Below, piece after piece: positions 38,012 to 49,799 of a stretch of 64,000 nt of DNA (position 1 is the first letter of the stretch; each line of letters begins with the position of its first letter). The notes beneath the pieces are model-generated. The model searched no databases and was not told the DNA's origin. It saw nothing but the letters and a program-made list of their open reading frames with translations. The stretch is from Moniliella sp. 'wahieum'. Lineage: Eukaryota. The translations under genes and the position numbers were made by a program. The DNA lies in NCBI GenBank assembly GCA_003971905.1, contig RSEE01000032.1:434001-498000 (forward strand), read 5' to 3'.

Positions 38012-39407
38012 ATGCAGCTCACCGCCTTGCTTTCCGTCGCCCTTTCGGCGGCTGCACTCGTTTCGGCTAGCAGCCTGTCCAAGCCGCAGCTGGCGCGCAA
38101 CATGCTGCGCGAACATTCCCTCCGTCGCAGCACCTGGCCCGCACCGACGTCTACACCCCGGGCCCCGGTCACTGGAACAAGACGACGCCTCTTTCGTACC
38201 CAAAGTGGGTGGGGAAAAAAACTCAGACGACATCATGTACGGTGTGAACCTAGGCAACTACTTTGTTCTGGGAGCAGTGGATGGATGCTGCCTGGTTCAA
38301 CAAAACGGCCCCTGGGGCGGAGGATATGTGGCACTTCGTTAGGTCGCTTGGGCCAACCAAGGCTGTGAAGTTTTGGAACACCACTACGACACGTGGATCA
38401 ATGAAGCTGCTGTTCAACGCATGTTTGAAGCGGGCATCAACACCGTTCGCATCGGAATGGGTTACTGGTCTTGGATGAAGACGAACAGTGACGAACCGTG
38501 CGTACCTCTCCTGCATTCTGTGGTTGGGTCAGTAGTGCTGACGATTTCTGGTCACGATGCTTTTTACAGCTACGTTTACGCCAATGATCTATATTATCTT
38601 GAGCGCCTGGGTTGGCTGTACCACCGTGGGATGTATGCCATGATCGATATGCATGCCATGCCTGGGGGTCAAAATGGTGGTCCCACCGGCGGCCATAACA
38701 CGGCTCATTACAGCTTCTTTACTGATGCCAACCAGCACAGGGGGACCATGTGATCAACTCGGTGGCTGACTACATCAAGAGCAGCAAGTACGGCAACGTT
38801 GTTTCCTCCGTTTGGTGGTGAACGAGCCTTGCGGAAGCACTGCCTGTGCCGGTCAAACTGGCACGCCCAACCAGGGAAAAGTCTTAAGGGAGTTTTACGA
38901 GCGTTCGTACAAGTCGCTGAGCCGGCGCCATATTCCCATGGTCTTTCATCATGGCTGGGTCAAAGACCACTTGCTGGGTTGGCTAGATTTCGTCAAGGAC
39001 AAGGATCCGAGCCTCCTCATCGGGTCTGACAACCCTACCCGGGTGGCTTCTCCGCGGGCATTTGACCAGCAAGGCGAAAGTCCTGAGCAAGGTGTGCAGC
39101 TATGCCAAGCAGTATGCCCAGTACCCATCCCAGTCGTGGCGACCGAGTTCTCTATGGTCAACACCATCTCCGATCCCAATTTACCGATGCCGACTACTAC
39201 AAGACACAGGTGTCTAACTATGCCAAGGCGGCTGGCAGTGCTTTCTGGTCCTACCGCGTCCGTGCCAACTACGACGCAGTCCAATGGTCTTGGACCGCCG
39301 CCTTGAACCGAGGACTGATCCCCAAGCCCAAACATACCCATCGCACTTCCTCTTCAGCCAAGAAGTTCATTGGCTCCTGGAAAGACGTACACCAATGCGA
39401 GTTTTGA
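38012..39407 (+). CDS. Secreted glycoside hydrolase family 5 (exo-beta-1,3-glucanase-like); intron 38498-38569
   Basis: Signal peptide MQLTALLSVALSAAALVSA; GVNLGNYFVLEQWM, HYDTWI, GINTVRIGMGYW, IDMHAMPGGQN, acid/base VNEP, nucleophile ATEFS, FWSY. Confidence 0.9.
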
Positions 39408-39899
39408 GAGCCTTTCTCTCTCTCGCCTTCTCTGCACCAACAATTTTTTTGCTGTTCAATTTGTCGAATTGTCCTTTGGATATTTCTCCCGCACCTTGTA
39501 CTCGCTCCCATGTGATTCTCCGGGGATTTTTGGAAACGGAATGGGATTGTCAAGTCATCGTCTAATGCATATATACTAACGAAGAATACGTGACCGATGT
39601 TGATGTTCGAAGATGCCGCGTATCATGTATGTGAGGCACAGAGAGAGAAAGAGAGTAGAAAAAGTATACAGTAGAAAGAACTAGTACTTTTTATTTTCAC
39701 AAAACCGCGTGCGGAGCCAACAACAATGAAGAGTCCTTCTACTATCTCCTCAGCAGTACCCACTGCTGCGTCAATTCGACGAGTAGGAATGTCTCTCCCA
39801 TCACTGATAGCATCCCCCGACGCAGAAGGGCACCAGGCAGAAAGAAGCTCATGGCGAGGATATATGCTGCTGGGAGAAGCGGACAATAAGACAGGCACA

Positions 39900-39995
39900 T
39901 GCATCGTGGTGTAGTTGGTTTATCACGTATCCTTAACAAGGGCACAGCGCGCTTGATAACGGATAAGGTCCCCGGTTCGAGCCCGGGCGAAGTCA
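39900..39995 (+). tRNA. tRNA-Val(AAC) with intron; imperfect acceptor stem
   Basis: TGGTGTAGTTGGTTTATCAC D-arm; anticodon stem TATCC/GGATA around TT AAC A plus intron; CCCGG TTCGAGC CCGGG T-arm; T7 terminator; 5' TGCATCG pairs imperfectly with CGAAGTC. Confidence 0.85.
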
Positions 39996-41466
39996 TTTTT
40001 TTATCCATGATGTCCTTCCTCTAGCATACTATCCCGACAGCCACAACTGATCTTTGACATGCTTGGCGCGACCAGAAGATGACCTCTCTCGTCTTTCAAT
40101 GTCATGGGCACCCTCCAGAGCGTCTTCGTGGTTTTGGGCAAATATATATACCTCTCTTCGATGGCAGGGAAGATATGTGTGAAATGACGATCATAACAGG
40201 GATGCAGGAGTTGGAATCGTCGCTATCTTCTCGTTTTTTGGTGCCAGCAGCAACTGAATGAGAAGGGAGAGGGGGGAGAAAGAAGACTATGAAGAGAAAA
40301 TATATGATTCTTTTTGGAGCTAGCTCTCCATCACCGGTATCAACTCGTCCTGCAAACGACTTAGTAAGACCTCAGTACCGAGGGTGAGGGCCCGTTTGGG
40401 GGTCATCGCCCGCCATAATCAACTCATATAACACAGAAACACGTTTTGGATGCGCTCCTGAGCACGGAAAGGCCACAGCCGGCAGCTTCAGCCAACGCCA
40501 ACGGGCACACACAAGCGGGCCCAAAGCCTGCATCGCCTTCTGCTCCGGACACACCTGTGGGCTGCCTGTTACGGAGGCTGCCACACCTACCTTGTCGAAC
40601 CTATACCTCTCGAAGCCTATCAGTATTAAAAGTCGTATAGTAGATATATACTAGGATGAATACTCGTAGTTGTTGGAGGATGTATGGTCCGTCAGTCGGA
40701 TTCGCATTCCGACAGACGCAAGGCAACGATGTACTGGTCGCCCTTGCGTTGATGTAAAGTTCCCTGCTGATGTTCATCTGCTCGATGCTGAGTTGACAGC
40801 CAGAGAGTTTTTCCTCTGCTGGACGGATGGCGGATCGAGGCTTCTCCAGCTCCATTGCCTCTGTTGTGGTTGCCGTTTGCGGACAATCCTATTTGATTCT
40901 TCATACATCCATCAAAACTTCTTCTAACACGCCTGTATACAGTGTATTACTAGAAGTGCACCGCGATCGCATCCTCGTCGCATCCTCGTTCTTTATATTT
41001 CCCATGTCTTCAGAGAGAGAAAGAATTAAAGCCCGTGTCAGACTCACGCCGTGCTAGGGGCCCCTTGGCCACTAGACCCGTATGGGCACTATGGCGTGAT
41101 TATTATCAGTTGGGAGATCCTGTGTCCACCTCTCGACTGTGCCCCCTTCCTGAGGAGGTACATATACCTCCTCTGCGTCCATAGATGCAATCAATCTGCG
41201 CCCTTTCCCCCATCTCCGTATCCTGACAGCCCGTTCATCGACTGGCCTGGATGCTCACTTGTGAGCTCTCTCACTTATACATTTAGAAAGGTACAAAAGG
41301 CTCACATGGACTATAGACCGGGGGCGTTGAACGTGCTGAGCCTTCAAAAGCTTCACTTGAATGTTGAGTACGTTGATCAATCGACGTCGCTCGTTTTCTA
41401 ACGGGTGAACGCGAGAAGGGCCGCCCTGGCGCAAAACTGGGGTGTCGCTCTCGTGGAAATGCGCGG

Positions 41467-41921
41467 TAATCGATAACCGGTAACCCGTAACCGGTTATAC
41501 GCCCCTGGGTGTGGTGTGGGGTACCATCATGCATCATGCATCATGCCACACCGGTGCTATATACAACACGCGTTATACGCTCTTCCACAGAGGCGCTCTC
41601 CCGCTCCGCCCCCGTGGCTGTATGCATAATGCTGGCATTTTTCGATCACACATTATATGCGTTGGACACCACCACTACCGCCTCTCCCCTCTCGGCTTGG
41701 GACGAGGGTCCTGTGAAACCACAAATCCATCCGGGCGGCGTATCCAGCCATGGCCTTTTTCCACCGACTCGCGGAGCAGAGTAGCTCGTGTCGGGAGTGC
41801 TCCACCATGCGTATTGCTTAATCACACGTAACTAGTAACTAGTGATGCATGATGCATGGTGTACGTACGCTGAACTTTCAGTTGAAACACTATTAAATAT
41901 ATTAAAGCTTAACGTTAACGT
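41467..41921. repeat. Cluster of 7-bp-period TNA-[4-bp palindrome] arrays with mixed cores
   Basis: TAA TCGA TAA CCGG TAA CCCG TAA CCGG TTA (41467); TCA TGCA TCA TGCA TCA (41527); TAA CTAG TAA CTAG TGA TGCA TGA TGCA (41829). Confidence 0.85.
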
Positions 41922-42498
41922 GCCGCATTTGGCGCGTAATGTTTTAAGCTTGTTTCCGGCTACCCTTTCCCCATTTGCCACCCAGCGCCGCGGAGTATCT
42001 GGGCGGAGTTGGCAGATGCCTGCAGAGCCGCGCAGGTCCGGCGACGCCCGGCTCTGAGACAACAGTGTTTGGATGCAACAAAGCGTGTGACCTGTGGCAT
42101 GCGAGGCTGTGATTGGCCAGCCAAACGGCCTCCGATGGCGGTGCGGCCTGGTGCGGCCCAGTACGAAGCGTAGCCGGTCGGCCCGCAAAGGCACCCCCTG
42201 GCACCCCGCTGTCACCGATCACCGGTCACCCCCGAAGGAGTTGCTCCGACAAAGCGGCCTGCTTCGCTCCGGCAGAGCGCCCAGGAGCGAGTGGCGCACG
42301 CACTGGGCCATGCCGCAACGCTATCGCACACAGGCGCCGTGCCCTTCTTCATGCATCACGCGTCACGCTACCCCAGCCAGTCGGAGTTTGCTCCGTGTCC
42401 TGCCGCCCCGCGCTTGGAGTAGCAGACTCGTCGGCTCTGTTGTTATTTTGCGCGCTCGCTTCCACGTTTCCTCCTTTTCTCCCTCCACCTCCCCCCTT

Positions 42499-44120
42499 AT
42501 GTCCTCCGGTCCACCCCCTACTCTTCCTTCGCCACGCCCACGCCGCATCCCATCTTCACCGCTGCCTCCGCCCCCACTTCCGCCTTGCTCCCCCCGGGCC
42601 GCTCTTCTCGCCTGCATCCGCCTCCCGCTGCAACCCCTCCACCCCTGCTGTCGTCATTGCCCTCGCCCATCTCCTTGGCCTCTGCAGTGCCACCCGTGTT
42701 CCCAGCCCCACCCGCCTCCCCAGTCCCTCTGGGTCAGCTTCCGTCCCCCGCCTTGGATCTGGCGCGGCCCGATCTGTCCTGGGACCACCATACCCGGTCC
42801 TCACCACTCTTCGGCCCCTGTCTCCTTCGACGTGTTTCCCATCAGCGACGACACGTCCTGCTCGTCAGGTTCCCCATATGACCTTGACCACAACTCCGAG
42901 AGTGGCAAATGCGCTGTCCTCTCCACCTCACCCCTTCAAGACTCAAACTCGGAACAGTCCCCAGCAATGTGGGTCGCACCCCAACTTGAGCTCAGCAGGA
43001 AATCAAGCTCTCCTCAAGTGGCCTGTCCTGTAGCCTTGCCCCCCGCAGGCAGCGTAACCAGCCAGGCAGCAAGGGCATCACAGGCAAACGCATACTTGGC
43101 GCCACCTGCTGCTTCCGCCCTTATGTACTCATCTTCCCCGCCCGCCTTGACCTCGGATGCGTTATCATCTTCTACCCGACTGTCAGTTCCGTCGTCGGGA
43201 TGTGTTCGTCCAGGGAAAGCACAACGTCACCGCCTTTCTCGTCTTGACACTACTGCGACTATGGATAAGTACCGCACTATCGACGCACCTCTTCCCCCCA
43301 CTGGGTTGTCATCATTTGCTGCCTCACCCAAGCCGGAACCTGCGATCCAACACAGCTCTGGACGTGAAAGCACCGTTCCATCTCCCTACCATGATCTGGC
43401 ATCGAAGGACCCTTGCATTAGCTGCATTGTCCCCGGCTTTCTCTTCCTCGGTCCGGACATTACATGTGCCTCGGACGTGGCACATCTGCACACGTTGGGT
43501 GTCCGGCGGATCATCAATGTTGCTTACGAGATCCCCGATTGGGGCCAGCCCAGACTCGACTTGCGAAAGCAGTTTGAGAGGTACCACTGTATCCCTCTCC
43601 AGGATTCAGTGGAAGCGGAAAGAGAGTAGAAGAAGTGATTGACGAAGCCTGCGCGTTGTTACGTACGTTTGGATCCCTCCTCGGCCTCAATGCCGCTCTT
43701 GATGCTTTTTGTTTCCCATTTTCTGACATACTAGTTGATCTCTCTCCAGACGAAGCCGAAGAGCAATCGGCTCCAACCTACGTACACTGTCATGTGGGCC
43801 AAAGTCGTTCAGTGATGGTAGTGATTGCGTATCTGATGTATTCCCGTCGTTGGACTTGGAAAAAGGCGTACCGCTACGTTTCCCTATCCCGTCCGTCAGC
43901 CTCGCCCAATCTTGGCTTTGTGTCGGAATTACTCAACTTTGAGCGCCGCTTGGGCCTCGACACGCCTGCACCGGGCTGGGACGAAATGCGCACCCAGGAC
44001 CAACAGTGGCATCCAACATTGTCTTCATCTCCTGCTCCATGTCGTAATGAGAGCAGAGAAGCGCCCCAGTGGCTTTCTCGTCCTCCAAGTGCGGTTTCTG
44101 GGCGTCTCTCCCATTCCTAG
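42499..44120 (+). CDS. Dual-specificity (MAPK-type) protein phosphatase; intron 43663-43749
   Basis: IVPGFLFLG, LGVRRIINVA, IPLQD, active-site VHCHVGQSRSVMVVIAYLM, SPNLGFVSELLNFE. Confidence 0.9.
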
Positions 44121-47003
44121 CGACACGGAGGACAGTGTGCACAGAAATGCCTCTCCCTCTTCCACCAGTCCTCACGTTCCGTTCGTTTGTGGAGACAACA
44201 CAGACCGTCAATTGAGGCACAGCGCCTTAATTGCGATCGCACCTTTCCTGTCTTTCTCCCACCTTGGGAAGAGGAATATTTTTATGACTACGGTGCTCAA
44301 CCCCCCTGAAAGCGGCCTCTCACGCCTTACCCACACGTCTCCGATCACCAAACTCTGACTCGCCTATATGCTGGGCGAAGCGCTCTATAGGGGTACTACC
44401 AAGAGCCACACTGCGTGGGCGTTCTCCGTCGTCTTTTGCCGTCGTTTATATATATTGTTCCTATCATTGGAACTCGTCTCCTCTTCATTCTGGTCTTTTC
44501 TCCCTCTTGGGGTTTACCCTACTCCCCCTGTTTTCTCTCCTATCGCCTCGACAGCCTTTCCTATTCGTTTCTCATCACCGCGGCCCCTCATCCTCTCATT
44601 TCACTGTGACGTTATTTTGTCTCTATACGCGTGGCTCTGCGCCTGAGCCATCTGTACATTTAGCTCTTCTCGTAGACGCCAGACCCCTTTTCGTGTGACC
44701 GGCGTGGATAGTCTCCACAGGGCACACCTCTCATACCATCGCAGCTCTGTAGTTTGCGTTGTCCTGGGATGGTGATCTGGATGATACTGGGATCGCTCTC
44801 TCTCTTGTCCTCGTAGGCTGTCCTGGCTCCCGGACAGAACTCTGACTGACAGATAAAAGGCTGCCAAGTCAAACATTCTTTCCCTCTACCATACCCATTT
44901 TCGAATCTGTGACAACTGGGTTGACCACATTGACTACCTCTCGAATCCTCTCTGTCGGCTTTTGGAGGAAATCGTTCTTTTACTCCGACCCACATGTATA
45001 TATTGCATCCATATCATTGACAGAGCTTAAGGCTGTGGGACAGGGAAACGCTAGGCCTAAACCGACCTGTTCATCTTGCGTTTGTTGCTTGGGTAGCGCC
45101 ACTACCCCTGTTGGGGAACCAGGGAATCACCAGGATATCAGGACCCTCTGGTGCACGCCAACCGTTCCCATACCCAAGGCAACAGCGCGTGTGGACACGG
45201 ATGAACGTGGTAGACATCCGAGCGAGGAACTATTCCCATTGAGAGAGTCAGTAGTCAAATCCTTCCAGTGTGCAAACATGGCTTGCCCGCTGTCTTGGCG
45301 CCGAAGTATCCCTTACGCATGTCTGTAAAACCACATTGAATCGAAACGCGTTCTGCCTTCGAATAGCATTTTTCTCTCTCCACATGGCAGTTACAGCAAT
45401 GCAACTATGTGTGTGACGCCGGGGGGTCACTGATATATTCCTCTGACAGATCTGACAGAGGCTAAATTTTGCTACTGTCGATTATTCACAGAATCAGATA
45501 ACTACTCCGGCACCGCGGCACCAATCGCATTGAATCTCTAAGAGGCTCTCAGCGATGAGGCATAAGGCTCGTCACGCTCATCAGTGTGGTGGTCACCTAC
45601 AATGTCAACGCAAGTGTGGCATTCTTAAATAATGTAGACCCAGTCACATGTATGTTAGAAACGCACGTGTAACATGCAGACACCGACACACTAATAGTAG
45701 GGACGAGGTATACCTCCGTATAACACACGTGCTAACTCATAGGACAGAAACCAGAATAGTGAAGACGTTGTGGGAAAAGGATGGGATGTTGTGTGGAAAA
45801 ATGAGAGTGGAAAAAAGCTAGCACGAAACTGACCACGCGTATGCGCGCGAGCAGCAGATCTCGTTGCCGTGTGCTGGACAGGGCCATAGCGAATCGTGTT
45901 CCCTCGGAAACCCCTCTCAGTCAGACAGACACCAGGGTCGCTGTAAGTAGGCCTGTCACATGTCACATGTCATCCATCATGTACCATTTTAGATTGCATC
46001 GTTATTAACCCCCATCACAGGCAGCACTGTTCTCCCGATGAGAATACTATCACAGTTGTAGCATACAGATGAACATAGATTAAGCTTTAAGTGGGATGTG
46101 TATGAAGCTGGCTTTGATGAAAGAGTATATCAGAGTGGGTGTGAACGCAAAAAAACGCTTTAATTTTGTTGTGGGTTGGAGTCGAGAGTTTTCGAGCACG
46201 TGCTTGCGTGCTGATGCGTAAAATGCCTGTCTGCACTAGAGGGTAAAGCGTCAACAAACGCGAGTAGAGAGCGAGGTCGATGATCGAGATGATTCTTGAC
46301 GCATTGATGTCCAAGTGTGGGTGGTCCGACGCATGTGAGGCTTGTAGCAACACCCTTTGTGTCTCGCTTTCTCTGGCATAGCCTCTGGAATAAAGTGCGG
46401 GGGCTGTGCTGCCGGAGTCAGAGCGCAAGGTTCATGCACATTGCTGGAGGCATGGTCCATGTTGTGTGGTCACCAAAGGAAAACTTAAGAATTGATGCCA
46501 CCACAAAAGTACTGAGAGATGCCTGTCACTCTTTGTACTTATATGTGATCTCACACGACACATTATATCTTTTACTTCGCCAAATCATATGGTGTCTAGC
46601 CTGGGGGCGGCAATCGTTGTGAGCGTTGAGCTCAGGGGGAGGGGGAAACCCGCTCAATATATGCTGCTTCGGACGAGTGAGACCGGCAAGGGAGGGTTGT
46701 TGGTGCAGCATCAGCTCTATTGCATTTCTGGGTGTGTACGTGAGCTGTGTATGGGCCAGGCGTTACTACGGATTATAATACTTGCAGACGCGTTGACATG
46801 CATGGTATTTCTCCGCACAATCCTCATTGTCCATAAACACCCGCCTTCACCTTTTTTCTTTCCAACACTTCATCCACCCGCACAGCCCCATCACCAATTC
46901 CCGCAAAGTGGCTACAGCGGTCTCCCCCATCATTCCAGCTTCCGCAGGGCCACATTTGATGGTTCGCGTCCTCTGTGCACCAACACTTGTATCATCCTCG
47001 CTC

Positions 47004-49225
47004 ATGGATCGCCAGCCAACAGAACCTCCGAAGGCGGGGCCGTCCGCTACTAAACCTGAACGTAAGGAACCGGCTACTGCAACGGCGGTGGACAACACTT
47101 CTTCCGCCACGGCAGCCACCAACAGAAACGTCGCCGAAACTTCGGTTGGTATCCTTCCCAAACGTCGCACCCGCCCCATTCGAGCGTGTGAGCCATGGTA
47201 AGTGCACTCTTTTTCTTTCTTTTGAGCCGCCCTTGTCTTCTGACCCCTTCTCTGCTGTGAACCGCTTGAACGTCTGTGGACTACATGAACAGCCGCATGC
47301 GCAAAACCAGATGCGTGCTACCCAAAGACGCCAATGCCTGCCTCTTTTGCCAAAGTCACATGTACACGTGTGTGTTTCGCATTGACGATCTATCCCCGCG
47401 CATGCGTGCTCAGCGCTTCAGCCATTACGGACCGGCTCAGACCAAGACCCCGATTTTGGTACCCAGCCCGCCCCTTGCTGGTGCTATTGACTATTCGGAC
47501 CCCCTTGACACCATGACGGAAGAGGCACGACACCTGGTGTCCATCAGTGACCTGGACTTGTTGCCAGTCCCCGGAGATCGTGGGCTCGTTTCTACCTTTG
47601 ATGATACCACTCCCGGCCAGGTCGCAAAGACCCCGCAGACGGTCGAGGGATGGGATGCTGGGGCAGAGGGATTAGACAATATGCATATTGGAGCGAACCG
47701 TGCCGCCATCTTTCCTGATCAACGCACCAATTCTTCCATCAAAGCCAGACACGCCACCCTTTATCGGTCGTTTGCCAACCCCTTTCGTCTGGGTACACCG
47801 TTGCCTGTCCCCGATCCTTCGGAGATCGACCCTCTTACTGGACGAGAGGCACCGGGTTCTCCTCGTTCTTCCCACACCATCTCCAGCCTCCCTGCCCCTG
47901 AGAAGTTTGCTCATTCCTATGATACCATTCACCCTTACCATAACGATTCTACCTACCCTTCCTTAATAGATCAATCGCTATTTGGCCTGATGCCCATGTT
48001 CCCAGAACCTGGTCCCAATTCCACCGAATTGACTTTCCAACAGACTTGGCAGCAACCTTCGTTTAACTCTAAGATCCTTGCTCCCCGCACCTCGCTGAGG
48101 AGTCATTGTTCCTCGATGGATGCCTCTTCTGCGTCCTTGGGCCTTAGTCTAGATGTCCCTCCCACAACACTATCATCTACCTATTACCACCAACCCCTGT
48201 ATGATCCTGTACCTGTCGAAGATGAGCCTAACATCGGTTGGGATACCCTGCCTATGACACTATCGCCGTCCATGATGGCATCCACGCACTGCAGTTTCTG
48301 CCCACTGCCCCTCTCAACCAGCTCATTCTCCGAAATGGGAAGTGCAGCCACTATGCAGCCGGCCACCATTGCCCTCTCTACCCCGGTCATGACCTCGCGC
48401 ATCGCTCCGGTTGAGTTCAACAGAAGGGAGCCTCATTCTGGGCAACCTTACTCATACACCTCGTACAACGAAATGCTGCTGGACCGGCAGAGGGGGATGG
48501 ACTTGGACTTAGCAGTGCCCACGGAGGGGCCGTGGCTATCCATGCCAACCACAATGTCCATTGATATGAAAACGGAGAAGGCACCATCCACGCACCCTGC
48601 TCAACGGTATCTCTTTCATCAGGACCCATCAGTTTCTCATATCCCTCCACCCTTAATACCGATTCAGGATACTAAGCAGCTGCACCCAGCCCCCGTGGGG
48701 TCGGCTCGCGCCTTGTCCCAACATGTTCCTTCCCTTCCTGTGAGAGGCGATGGCGAACCCACCTCATCTCACCTTGACTTATTGCCTTCCCCCTTGCTTC
48801 ATGCTACGCCGTTGAAAAATTCGAGCCTGAAGCTGGCTGCGTCGACAACACTGATCTCTTCAACCAAGGAGGAGAATGAGGTGGAGCGATCGTTGCAGCC
48901 CTCTTCAAAAGGAAGCTCCACACGAATTCAGATGCCCATCTCTACTGAGCAGGCGTTTTCCCCCTGGACTCCTCACGGATCGTCACCTTGCCCGGGACCA
49001 TCTCTCTCCCCCCATGGCCCAGCCTCTCTTCCCCCCTGTGACTGTATGTATAGATTGGCCCCCGCATCCTGTTGGGACACTAGTGCGGTGTGCCAAAGGC
49101 ATAGCCGGACTCTGGCGCTCCCAGCCACTTCAATCCAGCGGCTAGCTCCGCTAGTTCCGCTCGGGCGGAAATGTGGCTGGCTGACTGGCCTCCTATCTAG
49201 CAGCCCCGGCAGCCGTAGCTCTTAG
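47004..49225 (+). CDS. Zn(II)2Cys6 transcription factor; intron 47198-47292 splits the cluster; 3' end approximate
   Basis: Spliced sequence RACEPC-RMRKTRC-VLPKDANAC-LFC-QSHMYTC gives the six-Cys pattern; long Ser/Pro-rich remainder. Confidence 0.88.
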
Positions 49226-49799
49226 TTTTCCCTCTTCCACTCCCTCCTCCTCCTCCCTCTCCGCTACTCTCTACTATCGCTCACCAGCAATCAATCCCTA
49301 TCGTCTATTGGCCCAGTTCTTGATTGCTGTCTCGCTTGGCATCGGATGGATCCGGTCACATCAATCCTCTCCTCTGTATATATACAACCTGGACCCAAGC
49401 ACCATATGCCAATTGATGGCCACTGTTTTGCACGGTCATCGTATGTCAATATGGCGCCAACGGAGGTGAATTCTCTGTTGATCATGTGTCATGATAGATA
49501 CAGGACCGCCCAATGATGATGGCTATAAAATAAGGCCTGGGGAAAACAGAGGTGGCAGTATCACGAACGAGGAGGCGGGCCGGGGAGCTCGGGGCAGCCA
49601 AGCGCCCCATCTCTACCTTGCCTGGGTTGTGTCTACGCGGTAGCTGAACGTTGAAATGCCTCCTTGTATTCTGCTGCGTCTACAAGGGTGGACCATACCC
49701 CCTTTCTTTGGCATGTGCAACCTGGATTGAATCCCTTCCGAAAGGATATGTGGCCCGTGCAGGGTGCACTGCTTCCAGTGTTTGGGGGTTCCTATGCTT

